From Candidatus Doudnabacteria bacterium (GTDB lineage: Bacteria; Patescibacteriota; JAQUNI01): a DNA stretch of 64,000 nucleotides. This document shows positions 43,482 to 53,119 of this stretch, in pieces. How positions within the stretch are numbered: position 1 is the stretch's first letter; each line of letters begins with the position of its first letter. The notes under the pieces were generated by a model. It made no database searches, was not told where the DNA came from, and worked only from the letters and a program-made list of their open reading frames with translations. The position numbers were made by a program, and so were the translations under genes. The stretch lies in NCBI GenBank assembly GCA_041644975.1, contig JBAZQX010000006.1:9761-73760 (forward strand). The letters are read 5' to 3'.

Positions 43482-44018
43482 GTGATGAAATCATCAAAAA
43501 AAATTATGCTTGAAAATAATTCGGAAGAAGAAAAGAACCCCGAAAACGAAACGGAAAATCCAGCCCAAAAATTAATGTCCAAAAAAAAGGCAGAAAAGCC
43601 GCAAAGAAAAAGAAAGGTCGGGCGCACTATTGGCTATGTAATCATTGCCATTATCGCGGTCTTTATTGTTGTCCAGCTTTTGAGCGCTTCCTATTACAAG
43701 ATGACGGTCAATGTCGTGGAGGGTGAAAACGTGGTCGGGGTCAATCCCACTGCGGACAAATTAGATTTTGGCGACCTTTCCCGCGGCAGTGGTATGACCC
43801 GCTACATAACTTTAAAAAGCGCGGGAAAATCCCCAAGTTACATTATTGTCTGGAAATTTGGCGGCGTTGCCTCGCTCATTAAGGTGGAAAAAAACTACTT
43901 TACACTTAATTCCGGTGAAGAGGTAAAAATTACTTTTTCTCTTACCATTCCTCCTTCCGCCCAAACCAAACACTATAACGGTCAAGTGATTATTTTCAAA
44001 CTACCCAAGATTTTCTAA
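43482..44018 (+). CDS. membrane-anchored beta-rich protein
   Basis: One TM, KLDFGDL motif, in operon. Confidence 0.6.
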   Translation: MMKSSKKIMLENNSEEEKNPENETENPAQKLMSKKKAEKPQRKRKVGRTIGYVIIAIIAVFIVVQLLSASYYKMTVNVVEGENVVGVNPTADKLDFGDLSRGSGMTRYITLKSAGKSPSYIIVWKFGGVASLIKVEKNYFTLNSGEEVKITFSLTIPPSAQTKHYNGQVIIFKLPKIF

Positions 44019-44020
44019 GT

Positions 44021-44512
44021 ATGAAAAAGATTTTGAAATATTTTCAAAAGCGTAAGGAAGAAAAATGCACCCAAGCGGAAGAATTAAGTAAGAGGCAAAG
44101 AATTTTCCGGAAAGCTATCGGTTATGTATTTTATGTTGGGATTTTAATTGGACTCTTCTACGGCACACCCAAAATTCTATCCTATCTTCTAAATACTAAA
44201 TATCCTTTTGCGTCAATTACATCGGGGTCAATGTGGCCAGTCTTAAAGAAGGGAGATCTCGCCTTGATCTGCAGTGCGGAACCTAGCGAAATCAAAACGA
44301 ATGATGTCGTGGTTTTCCCTAATGAAAATGGCGCTTTAGCAATCCACCGGGTAGTTAAAATAAATGGCGATAAAATTATTACCAAAGGAGATGCCAACAC
44401 TAAAGAAGATAAACCAATCAACCGCTCCGACATCTTGGGCCGACTTTGCACAGTGGGTTCCCTTGAAGCAAAAATCCCCAAACTCGGATTAATCGCTCCA
44501 CTTTTTCACTAA
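44021..44512 (+). CDS. signal peptidase I, SipW/archaeal (Ser-His) type
   Basis: TSGSMWP, IHRV, TKGDAN..ED. Confidence 0.9.
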   Translation: MKKILKYFQKRKEEKCTQAEELSKRQRIFRKAIGYVFYVGILIGLFYGTPKILSYLLNTKYPFASITSGSMWPVLKKGDLALICSAEPSEIKTNDVVVFPNENGALAIHRVVKINGDKIITKGDANTKEDKPINRSDILGRLCTVGSLEAKIPKLGLIAPLFH

Positions 44513-44519
44513 ATTATTT

Positions 44520-45824
44520 ATGCCAAAGATGAGTAGTAAAAATAAATATTTAACTCTTGGTCTCCAAACAATACTAGGGATATTTATTGTTTTTGTTTCA
44601 ACTTTCTTCTGGGCAAATAAATCATTTGCTTATGAAGCGCATGTGGTGGGCGTAACGGCGATGTTTCAAAATTATGTTTGCGGCGATGGCAATCTTAATC
44701 CCGGCGAGGAATGTGATGATGGCAACAACAGTAATGGCGATGGCTGTTCGGCAACTTGCGTCCTTGAAAAAACACCTAGTTGCATGAAAATTAACGAGGT
44801 CTATTATGATCCAGATGATGCGCATGGCGGCGGGGATGCCGAATGGATTGAACTTTATAATGCTTGCGGATATCAAGTTAATCTTAAAAATTGGTATTTG
44901 AAAGACAATACTAAAACGGAAACCATCCATCAAAATTATATTATTAACCCAGATCAATTTGTAGTTCTCGCACCCAATGCTTCAATTTGGGAAAAATACT
45001 GGGATATTACCCCTACGAACGCCATAAAAATCGCTTTGGGCGGAGGACAAAAAATGTTTGATAATCTAGCGAATGACGGCGATCGGGTTTTCCTTTATGA
45101 TAATCACGATAATGGGATTGACGCGGTAAGCTGGGGAACAGACACAACCGCTTTTGACCCGAACGTCCCCGGTGTTGCCGAAGGCTATTCTATTGCCCGT
45201 ATAGTCAAGGGCGTGGATACGGATAAAGCTGCTGACTGGACAGATTTAACTACACCCAACCCGGGCACCAATCCCCATTCAACAATCAAAACAACTATTC
45301 CTGAACCGCCTAAATTACCAACCAGTAATCTTAACATCGCTGGCGACAGCACTCCCACAACCACCGATACGATTGTCGGCGATGCCACTGATTCCACACC
45401 AAATAATAATCTTCCAACTAATGATTCCACGCCCGCGACTGAAAATAACATAATAACCGACCCCGGCGATTCCACGCCCGCGACTGATACCCTTGAGGGA
45501 GAAGAACAAAAAGACATACCCCCTGCCTTAGAACCAAATGAAAACCAAGAAGACAATAATAGCGCGGAAAATCCTGGTGAGACAGAAAATATTTCTCCTC
45601 CCTCCGGTTCTGATGATTCTCAAACCGATTTAGCGCAAGAAGACCCTGTAACAGACAATACGCCATCTGAAGAAGGCATCAATAATACCGATTCATCCCT
45701 ATCCCCGCCCGAAAATCCAGAGCCAGAAGAGGAAACCAGTACAACCAATAACCCAGAATCAAATTCTTCTTCTGAATCTCCTCCCCCTAACCCCGCAGAA
45801 GGCACGGAAAATAATTCCTCTTAA
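44520..45824 (+). CDS. secreted protein: Cys-rich CGDG repeat, lamin-tail domain, acidic low-complexity tail
   Basis: AYEAHVVGVTA; CGDG...EECDDGN...DGCS; INEVYYD...EWIELYN...TPNPG. Confidence 0.8.
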   Translation: MPKMSSKNKYLTLGLQTILGIFIVFVSTFFWANKSFAYEAHVVGVTAMFQNYVCGDGNLNPGEECDDGNNSNGDGCSATCVLEKTPSCMKINEVYYDPDDAHGGGDAEWIELYNACGYQVNLKNWYLKDNTKTETIHQNYIINPDQFVVLAPNASIWEKYWDITPTNAIKIALGGGQKMFDNLANDGDRVFLYDNHDNGIDAVSWGTDTTAFDPNVPGVAEGYSIARIVKGVDTDKAADWTDLTTPNPGTNPHSTIKTTIPEPPKLPTSNLNIAGDSTPTTTDTIVGDATDSTPNNNLPTNDSTPATENNIITDPGDSTPATDTLEGEEQKDIPPALEPNENQEDNNSAENPGETENISPPSGSDDSQTDLAQEDPVTDNTPSEEGINNTDSSLSPPENPEPEEETSTTNNPESNSSSESPPPNPAEGTENNSS

Positions 45825-45846
45825 ACTCTCTGTATTTATAATTTTT

Positions 45847-46644
45847 ATGATTAAGTTGGACCGCAAATTAAAACGAGTCCTCTTTCCTCCCCAAGAAAAA
45901 AGTTTTAGGGCTAAATTATTTATTTTCTTAACAGGAGCAATAACCCTCGTTTTATTTTTCTTCATTCTGCAAGTAGAAACAACGCGCGTCTCGGCGCAAG
46001 CCTTGCCTATTGCTGTTTCAATGAATCATATTGATTTTGGTTTGGTCTTTCCCGGGGAGAGTCTGGAAAAAAACTTTACTGTTTATCTTGCCAATGGTTA
46101 TACCGAAAAAGTAAATTACACGTTAACTCAAAGGAGAAAGCCCCTGCCGCTTGAATCCGAGATTAAGGAAGATCCAAATATGCCCGGTTTCTATCGCGAC
46201 CTCTGCCCCTTTCTCACCAAAACCACTAAAGAGGGGGAAGGTGATTTGGAAATCAACGCGTCGGTGGCACCCACCACTGATCTTACCGATAAATGGCTGA
46301 TTGACTTGGCAGTCCCAGCGCTGGAAGGCTATGTGGCTCAAGAACACGGTGATAAGATAGTGAAGATTGCCGGCGACTATGGCTGTGATATCGTGATTGA
46401 TATTGAGCTACTTAAAAAGAATGGTACAGACGGAAATGGAGCTGGCGGCGGTCCAGAATGGTTTTGGCAGGATATGAATCTTGCGGGAGCCATGGAAACA
46501 GCCACATCTCCAATTAAAAAAGTTGCGCAGGCAGCAGTCAAGTTACCGGCGAAACTCCCCCGCGTTGGCGCGTGGAGCGCGCTTATTGCCGCCTCAATGG
46601 GCTTAATCGCGACAGCAACCTTTTACAGAAGGAATAAAAAGTAG
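45847..46644 (+). CDS. paralog of the 42121 protein with a C-terminal sortase-type sorting signal
   Basis: IDFGLVFPGE, LCPFLTK, WLIDLAVP, YGCDI; LPRVG + TM + RRNKK. Confidence 0.7.
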   Translation: MIKLDRKLKRVLFPPQEKSFRAKLFIFLTGAITLVLFFFILQVETTRVSAQALPIAVSMNHIDFGLVFPGESLEKNFTVYLANGYTEKVNYTLTQRRKPLPLESEIKEDPNMPGFYRDLCPFLTKTTKEGEGDLEINASVAPTTDLTDKWLIDLAVPALEGYVAQEHGDKIVKIAGDYGCDIVIDIELLKKNGTDGNGAGGGPEWFWQDMNLAGAMETATSPIKKVAQAAVKLPAKLPRVGAWSALIAASMGLIATATFYRRNKK

Positions 46645-47049
46645 AGAATATTATGGATTGTGCTAATTAAACATCTTGGTTTTAGGGGAATTTAAGGCTA
46701 TGGTATTCACCGTGCCTTTCACTTCTAAAAATTATTCTAATTAACCTAATTATTCTAATTATTCTAAGCAAATCCCAATATCTAATGTCCAATGTCTAAA
46801 ATTAATTTTTGGTCATTCAAGATTTGGTCATTGGTCATTTCTTAGGTTAATTAGGTCAATTAGAACAATTAGAATAATTTTGAATGAAATTTTGAATGGT
46901 TAACTCCCAAGGTGTTATTTTAATAGAATGACTAGCGCAATTCATAGAATATATTTTATAAATCAAAAAGACTTTTCTAAAAAGTCTTTTTTTATTCCCC
47001 CCTGTGGATAACTTTCTTGAATCAAATCTTAAATGAAAATATAATAAAA

Positions 47050-47225
47050 GTGCGTGTTTCCGCTAATGTTACAGTCATGCCGTTCTTTCGCTCCTTAGCG
47101 TCTAACGCCAAAAGGAGCAATTGCTTATCCGCCTTTTAAGGACAAAGACGGATACCATGCCTCTTGGGGAACTTATGTTTTTTATGGGTGTGTGTTGGGT
47201 AAGTTTTCCAAGGGCACTTTTTTTT
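47050..47225 (+). ncRNA. candidate structured small RNA
   Basis: Promoter-like TTGAAT...TATAAT, two hairpins, long terminator with T tract. Confidence 0.35.
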
Positions 47226-47334
47226 GACAAAAAAAATAAAAAATGGTATTATAGAAAAGCTTTATTCCAAGAACTTGTTATTATTCTTGCTATTATTTTG
47301 GCACATTTTATTTCAAAAATAAGGGGGGTGAAAA

Positions 47335-47583
47335 ATGAAACAAGTTGCCCAGTATCTAGCTGTTATTTTATTCTTCTTTCTATTGTTTTTCGGTGGAGCG
47401 GACACGGATAACATAAGCTATCTCCTTGTCATTCTGGGAGTGGCTATATTGGGAATAATCACGATTATTATTCTGGTTGTCGTTGACTACCGCCGTCATC
47501 CGCCCATTACAACAGCGGACTTGATTAAGAAAATTAATTTTGACACGCATCAAGAGATCATTAAATCAGCCCGCCGTTCTTAA
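47335..47583 (+). CDS. small two-TM membrane protein
   Basis: TTGACA promoter at about 47224, GGGGTGA RBS, terminator after the stop. Confidence 0.6.
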   Translation: MKQVAQYLAVILFFFLLFFGGADTDNISYLLVILGVAILGIITIIILVVVDYRRHPPITTADLIKKINFDTHQEIIKSARRS

Positions 47584-48010
47584 GGATCTGACCATTCAAG
47601 ATCCTTTTTTTATTAGGACTTACGCGATTCAGGGTGTTTTGTGTCATTCCCGACCTGATTCAGCCTTCGCAGCCAGAAGCATTGCTTCGGCGAAGTAGGC
47701 TCGGGAATCTAGGTCCTACTAAGTAAGCCAAATTCTGGATTCCCGTTTTCACGGGAATGACAAATACGTAAGTCCTTTTTTATTTAAAAACAGTAGAGAC
47801 AGGTTTAAAACCTGTCTCTAATCACTACAAGATCAACGAATATAAATTATACCCCTAATTTTTCTTTCACTTTAAAATAGCCGTCAAATTTTCCTCCCAA
47901 TATCTCTTCAAAAATATAAACAGCATCAAAGGGAATTGGTTTACGGAGTAACTTATCGCCGTATTCTTTTTCTAGATATTTGAGGAGATCTAAAAACTAA
48001 CTTTGGGACA

Positions 48011-48406
48011 TTATTTCCTAGGCTTGAGCTCAATTTCTTCTTTCTGGTAATCAAACTTAACCATGAAAAGATTGAAAAATCCTTTTTGACCAACAACACC
48101 ATAACCTAAACGTGCAATCTCCGGAAGAAATCCAACCTTTATTGCGTAACACCAGCCACCTACCTTAACCTTTACGGGATGGATATAATAAGGCTGCACT
48201 ACTCCCGTGATGCCTCCCACTTTTTGTTCCTCTCCTTCATAAATATCAATACCCAAAACTTCTCCAATTTCGGCATCAAAAATGCAAAAATCCGCCCCCG
48301 AGTCTATCAAAACCTCATAAGGGACGGAATTGCTTTTATAACTAATCTCAATCGGAATAATAGGACGAATAATTCCTCTTCCGTATTTTTTGTATTTGAA
48401 TTTCAT
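48011..48406 (-). CDS. retropepsin-like aspartyl protease
   Basis: LIDSGAD, GVVGQ.GFF. Confidence 0.8.
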   Translation of the reverse strand: MKFKYKKYGRGIIRPIIPIEISYKSNSVPYEVLIDSGADFCIFDAEIGEVLGIDIYEGEEQKVGGITGVVQPYYIHPVKVKVGGWCYAIKVGFLPEIARLGYGVVGQKGFFNLFMVKFDYQKEEIELKPRK

Positions 48407-48600
48407 AAGCCAAAACCAACATATGTCACAAGTCTGTTAGGCATACGTGTTAGAATAGGCTTTTCAAATCCGCGTCTTTTGGCTCTCTCCCACGCTTCTT
48501 TGGCCGTTCTCCCGCTTGCAATTACTGTTTTTTCGTCTTTCTGTAAAGCGACCCAAAGCCCTTTGTATTTTTGATAAATTTTAGTCCAATCAATAGCCAT
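48403..48600 (-). CDS. DUF5678-like small protein
   Basis: KYKGLWVAL...VIASG; ATGA overlap with the protease. Confidence 0.7.
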   Translation of the reverse strand: MAIDWTKIYQKYKGLWVALQKDEKTVIASGRTAKEAWERAKRRGFEKPILTRMPNRLVTYVGFGL

Positions 48601-48873
48601 AGATTTAATTTTAAGATAACATAAATTATAATAAAGAACAATCCCAAATAAACAAAAAGATGAAGCCTCTAGTTGATTCGGTTCTCCGAGTTGAATCAAT
48701 AAGAACTAACAAGAACAAAAAAGGGCAGTATTACTACTGTCCGCTGGAGAAAGAATACAATTCCCTATTTTGTAAAATAAAAAAGAGGTCAAGATTTTTA
48801 GACTTGACCCCATTATGCCAATTACCGAGGGTGCAAAACCGCTCCCCTAAATCAATCTCCAAAATTAGGAGAA

Positions 48874-49314
48874 TTACTGAAGAAAAAACTGGACTTGAGC
48901 GTTTACAGCACTCACCTCACCCTTGGCAATAGCTTTCTCAACATCCTTCCGGATCCTCTCACCGTCTAGGGGTGAAACTCGTAGGATAAAATGCTCATCG
49001 TTATTGACATCCAGTTCAGTCAAGAATTGTTTTTCTACTACTGTCACCCTTGCTAGGTGGGTGGTATCACCCTTTTCTATCTTCCAAGGCACAAAAAAGG
49101 GATTGGGACGCCATTCTTCCTCCCCGATTTTTACGCGGAGATCAAAACGGATATAATCCCTCCCGTATGACCTGGACTGTCCAGCAAATTGAAGGGCTAC
49201 CACCGGATAGGTTTCCCCTTCTTTCATTCTATTTGAGATGTACTTAAGGTTACAACCACTCACAATAGCCACAACCATCACTAATCCTACGGCCAGCAAT
49301 GCCTTCTTCATCAT
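48874..49314 (-). CDS. putative lipoprotein
   Basis: Signal peptide with VSGC lipobox. Confidence 0.65.
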   Translation of the reverse strand: MMKKALLAVGLVMVVAIVSGCNLKYISNRMKEGETYPVVALQFAGQSRSYGRDYIRFDLRVKIGEEEWRPNPFFVPWKIEKGDTTHLARVTVVEKQFLTELDVNNDEHFILRVSPLDGERIRKDVEKAIAKGEVSAVNAQVQFFLQ

Positions 49315-49742
49315 TATTCCCTCCTTAATAAACAGACCGAGACGATAGAACCAAGAACCAAATACTCATTATAGATAGCTTACCATCTGCAGAAATATCA
49401 AGGAACAAGAAATTATTTTAGATCAAATCCAAAAATATGGCAAGATTACTATATCTGATCCACAAGGTTCACCTTTTAGAATATCGCCCTTTCTACACGA
49501 AAAATTCTTTCCACGTCTCTCATTAATTTACTAACTGGCAGGTCATGTCGTTTGCGAACGACATGGCAAGGCATCGTGGACGATAGCCCCTCGGGGCTCA
49601 AGTCCTCTCGGGACGAACGGCCTGCCCTCAAGCGAAGCCGAAGGGTTAGAAACCATAATCCAACGACAAATGACGAGTTTTTTTAACACAAAACCCCGTT
49701 TTAAAACGAAGTTTTGTGTAGTATATCTCTTATTAATAACCG

Positions 49743-50810
49743 CTATAAAAGCAGGTCGTCAAAAAAATTATCGCTTATTACGGGCTTTTGTCTAACCTTC
49801 AGATAAGAAGAAGTATTTGCTTTAGCTTTAGCATAATCAAAAGCTTCTTCTACTGTTGCTGGCTCGTTTCCTTCTACCCCGACATAATCATGGACATCTG
49901 CTAAACCTTGCAACATTCCTTCATTGACAAAATAACGGGTGAACACTCCTTCGCCATCTTTGATTCCGTCTCCATCCACATCTTCTCCGGCAGTTGAATA
50001 AACATAAGCTGATTGAGTTTCTCCGGTTGCCATAGAAACTACTCTTCCAACGCTTGCCACATCGTTCATTCCGCCAGCAAGGCAAGAGTCAAAAATAAAA
50101 GCAATCCTTTTAGTAGTAAAACCATCAAACCAATTCCTTAATTCTCCGTCCCATATGTAAGTTATATTATTAGCCTCGGTGTTCCAGACAACAATGCCTT
50201 CATCTGTGAGTTCATCGTCTCCGTCCATAGCTGTCCCTTTTGTTCCGTGTCCGCTGAAAAAGAATACCACTTCATCATCGGGATTTACTGCCTTGCTTTT
50301 TATTGTCATTACAGCATTAGAAATATTCCCATAAGTAGGAATTCCGGCAAGGATATATTCTCCAATAGAGTTCTTAAAACCCGTCAGACCTCCCCCATCT
50401 TTAAACAACCAAATATTCTCTGATTCATATCCGTAAAGCTCGGTAAGAGCTTTATACATATGCAGTGAATCTCCATCGGATTGGCAGAGGTCAAGGTTTG
50501 TGCCGGGATAATCACAAATTCCGATTATCACCGCATATTTATTACCCGTTGCCGGCGCGCCCAAAACTCCAGTAGCTACGCTCCCCGTTTTAGGAGAAGG
50601 AGAAGGTTTGCCCTTTCCCTTGCCCACATCTTCAGAAAAAACTTTCTTTACTATTTCTATATTAGTAGCAGGAATAGGTTTGGGCACTTCTCTATTTGGA
50701 CCCTGCTGTTTTTCAGACGGCGCCGCTTGAGAAACTAAAACTCCAGATAAACTCAGAGTTAATCCGAATATCGCTATACCAGATACTAAAATACTTAATC
50801 CTTTTTTCAT
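49743..50810 (-). CDS. secreted caspase-family (C14) peptidase
   Basis: Signal peptide; YAVIIGI, FSGHG, FDSCLAGG. Confidence 0.85.
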   Translation of the reverse strand: MKKGLSILVSGIAIFGLTLSLSGVLVSQAAPSEKQQGPNREVPKPIPATNIEIVKKVFSEDVGKGKGKPSPSPKTGSVATGVLGAPATGNKYAVIIGICDYPGTNLDLCQSDGDSLHMYKALTELYGYESENIWLFKDGGGLTGFKNSIGEYILAGIPTYGNISNAVMTIKSKAVNPDDEVVFFFSGHGTKGTAMDGDDELTDEGIVVWNTEANNITYIWDGELRNWFDGFTTKRIAFIFDSCLAGGMNDVASVGRVVSMATGETQSAYVYSTAGEDVDGDGIKDGEGVFTRYFVNEGMLQGLADVHDYVGVEGNEPATVEEAFDYAKAKANTSSYLKVRQKPVISDNFFDDLLL

Positions 50811-51034
50811 GTTTTATGTTTTTAATTAAATTGTAAATACTCGACCTTTTAGTTAAGGATTTTTCTCTTAACCTATATTAAAATTTTAATATATTTTTTG
50901 TAGAAAAACAATAAATTATTAGGGCTTGGAAAGTTCACAACACGGGCATTGGGATCAGGTCTTGAATTGTGCCAGGGCGCCATACTTCGCTAAGGGCGAA
51001 GCGGGCGCGGTCGCTTGTTGCTCCATTCTAATCT

Positions 51035-51108
51035 TGGCAGGCCCTGAGGGAGTCGAACCCCCGACTGTGGTTTTGGAGACCACCGTTTTACCGCTAAACT
51101 AAGGACCC
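51035..51108 (-). tRNA. tRNA-Trp(CCA)
   Basis: Cloverleaf, loop CTCCAAA, encoded CCA. Confidence 0.95.
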
Positions 51109-51115
51109 ATTGCAA

Positions 51116-51361
51116 TTATAAGATTTTTAATCTTTTCAATAATCCGTGATGTGCAGAGCCAAATTGTTTGAGTTTATGTTCGCGTTCTTTGGCAAGTTCC
51201 TCGCTAGAATAAGCTTCATAATAAACTAATTTTAAATTGAACATCTTTTTTGTTGTGAATACCTTCTGATTCTTGTGCTCGCTTATTCTACGCCGTAAAT
51301 CCCTGGAATATCCAATGTATATTTTTTTATTGCCATCTTTCAAAAGGTAAACATAGAACAT
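51116..51361 (-). CDS. small GIY-YIG nuclease
   Basis: FYVYLL...IYIGYSRDLRRRISEH...A.EREH.LK. Confidence 0.9.
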   Translation of the reverse strand: MFYVYLLKDGNKKIYIGYSRDLRRRISEHKNQKVFTTKKMFNLKLVYYEAYSSEELAKEREHKLKQFGSAHHGLLKRLKIL

Positions 51362-51373
51362 ATTTTTACATTT

Positions 51374-51483
51374 GTTTTGGACCCAGCCCTTCGCGATGGG
51401 CTGGGTTCGCGAAGGGCTGGGTGGAGACCGTCGTTATACCACTTACCCAGCCTCTCGCGAGAGGCTGGGTTAACTACACCCCC
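51374..51483 (-). pseudogene. 5' half of a second tRNA-Trp interrupted by two palindromic inserts
   Basis: GGGGGTGTAGTTA[26 bp]AAGTGGTATAACGACGGTCTCC[42 bp]CCAAAAC. Confidence 0.7.
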
Positions 51484-51623
51484 GAAAAACAATTTTTAAT
51501 TCTTAATTTTTAAATAAATCCCAATTTCTAATAACCAATAACCAAGATCATTTTAGACATTAGACATTGGATATTGGGAATTAGTTAGAATAATTAGGTC
51601 AATTAGAATAATTAGAATAATTC

Positions 51624-51785
51624 TTATTTCTTCACTTCTTTATGCAAGATGTGCTTGCGGCAGTGGCGGCAGTATTTTTTTAATTCCAGTTTTTTCGCCT
51701 GCGGATCTTTCTTGTTGCGGCGGGTGAAATAATTGATATTCTTGCACGCCGTGCATTGCAGACGGACTAAAGTCTTTTGGGGCAT
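51624..51785 (-). CDS. rpmG: 50S ribosomal protein L33 (absent from ORF track)
   Basis: [26 protein letters not shown]...[21 protein letters not shown]. Confidence 0.95.
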   Translation of the reverse strand: MPQKTLVRLQCTACKNINYFTRRNKKDPQAKKLELKKYCRHCRKHILHKEVKK

Positions 51786-51930
51786 AATAGTAAAATCAAA
51801 ATTTAAAAATCGCTCCGTCGCTAAAACTTTGAAGCGTCAACGACAAAATGCAAAATAATATGAGATTGCCTGCCCGCTAATAGCTTCGCATAGCGAGGCG
51901 GGCGGGCTCGCAATGACATAGAAGAGACTG

Positions 51931-52223
51931 AGCCGATGACCGGATTTGAACCGGTGACCTACTCCTTCACTTATACCTCTTTTTTCCTTTTAAAAAAAGC
52001 ACTTATAAGAGGGTTAGACTGTATCTTAAGCATATCTTAAAAAAGACTTAGCTCTTCTTGGCAGTCGTTCGGGCGTTGTCTGAAAAAATTAAAATAACGC
52101 CACGGTCTGAACCTTGTGCCAGGTCTTTAACCGTTATTCGAAAGCACTATAGGGATTTCTCCCAAAGTGGGCAGGTTTAAAGCGAACTACCATGGAGTTG
52201 CTCTACCACTGAGCTACATCGGC
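51931..52223 (-). tRNA. tRNA-Thr(GGU) split by an intron (exons 52223-52189 and 51967-51931)
   Basis: Joined exons give a full cloverleaf with ACTCC-ATGGTAA-GGAGT. Confidence 0.9.
51968..52188 (-). ncRNA. group I intron, 221 nt, no ORF
   Basis: 5' exon ends in U, intron ends in G; core-like AATAACGG/ACCGTG, GAACGACTG and AAGATACAGTCT. Confidence 0.85.
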
Positions 52224-52823
52224 AACGAATTAAAATTGATTAAGGACTCTAGACACCATCGATTTATTATTTTCTTTAATTTGGTATTGCAAACATAAAT
52301 ACTTAAGGTGCCATATTGACTTTTATTCTTATAACTGCCCCCCTTCCCTTTTCTAATCTGAACATTTTTTAATTGATCTCTGCTTATACCTGTATTCTTC
52401 CGCCAAAAATCAATGGCCTTATTTACATCAACATCATCAAAAATATTCAATTCTGCTTTGATTTTTGATTCCCTAACGCCGCAAATTTTTCGCAAAAACA
52501 TCAAAAATGTGTTTAATATTTTAGGGTCAGTATTTGCTAGTTTAATGTGGCCTTTATCTCTTTTATCCCCCTCTCCGAGGTATAAACCAATTCCTAAATA
52601 AAACAAGCTTAATTCTGTATCGCCCTTTACCAATCGAACTTTAAAGGGATCGCCGTGAATATTACGTTTAACATAAGTAGCTTCACTTTTGTGATCTTCT
52701 TGGAATCTGATATTTTTGCATCCAATAAACTACTGTCTTATACCCCCAACCATTATCTTTGGCTATTTCCATCATTGATAGACCCTTTTTATATAATTTT
52801 TCCAATCTTTGTCTTTGTATCAT
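52214..52823 (-). pseudogene. frameshifted HTH plus LAGLIDADG-like protein
   Basis: MIQRQRLEKLYKKGLSMMEIA... stops at about 52683; the adjacent frame continues SEATYVK...GLYLGEGDK; shift at A4 run 52687-52690. Confidence 0.65.
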
Positions 52824-52945
52824 ACTATCAACTTAAGCTCTCCATGTAAAACGGAATAAGGAATTAGGAATAAATAAAAAACAAATATGGAACTACCAAT
52901 TGATATTCCTAATTCATTATTCCCAATTCCTGATTCCTAATATTG

Positions 52946-53028
52946 TGGGGAGAGCAGGATTTGAACCTGCGTAGCCCGAAGGCGCGAGTTTTACAGACTC
53001 GAGCAATTGACCACTCTGCCATCTCCCC
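52946..53028 (-). tRNA. tRNA-Tyr(GUA)
   Basis: Cloverleaf with long variable arm, loop CTGTAAA. Confidence 0.95.
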
Positions 53029-53119
53029 AAACTCAATTGTTCTATTGTTCAATCGCTCTATTGCTAAAATACAACAATCAAACAATGAAACAATTGAACA
53101 ATAGAACAATAAAGTTGTG

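Noticed and set aside
45315-45490. GATTCCACGCCCGCGACTGA repeats
   Set aside because: Ordinary coding repeats (DSTPAT) in a low-complexity linker.
47300-51035. Integrative island at the 3' end of tRNA-Trp
   Set aside because: Accessory-looking genes, but no integrase and no duplicated tRNA 3' end found.
51035-51483. tRNA-Trp split by an intron encoding the GIY-YIG protein
   Set aside because: The 5' half (GGGGGTG, ACGGT) cannot pair with the downstream 3' half (AGGGCCT, ACCAC); no group I core seen.
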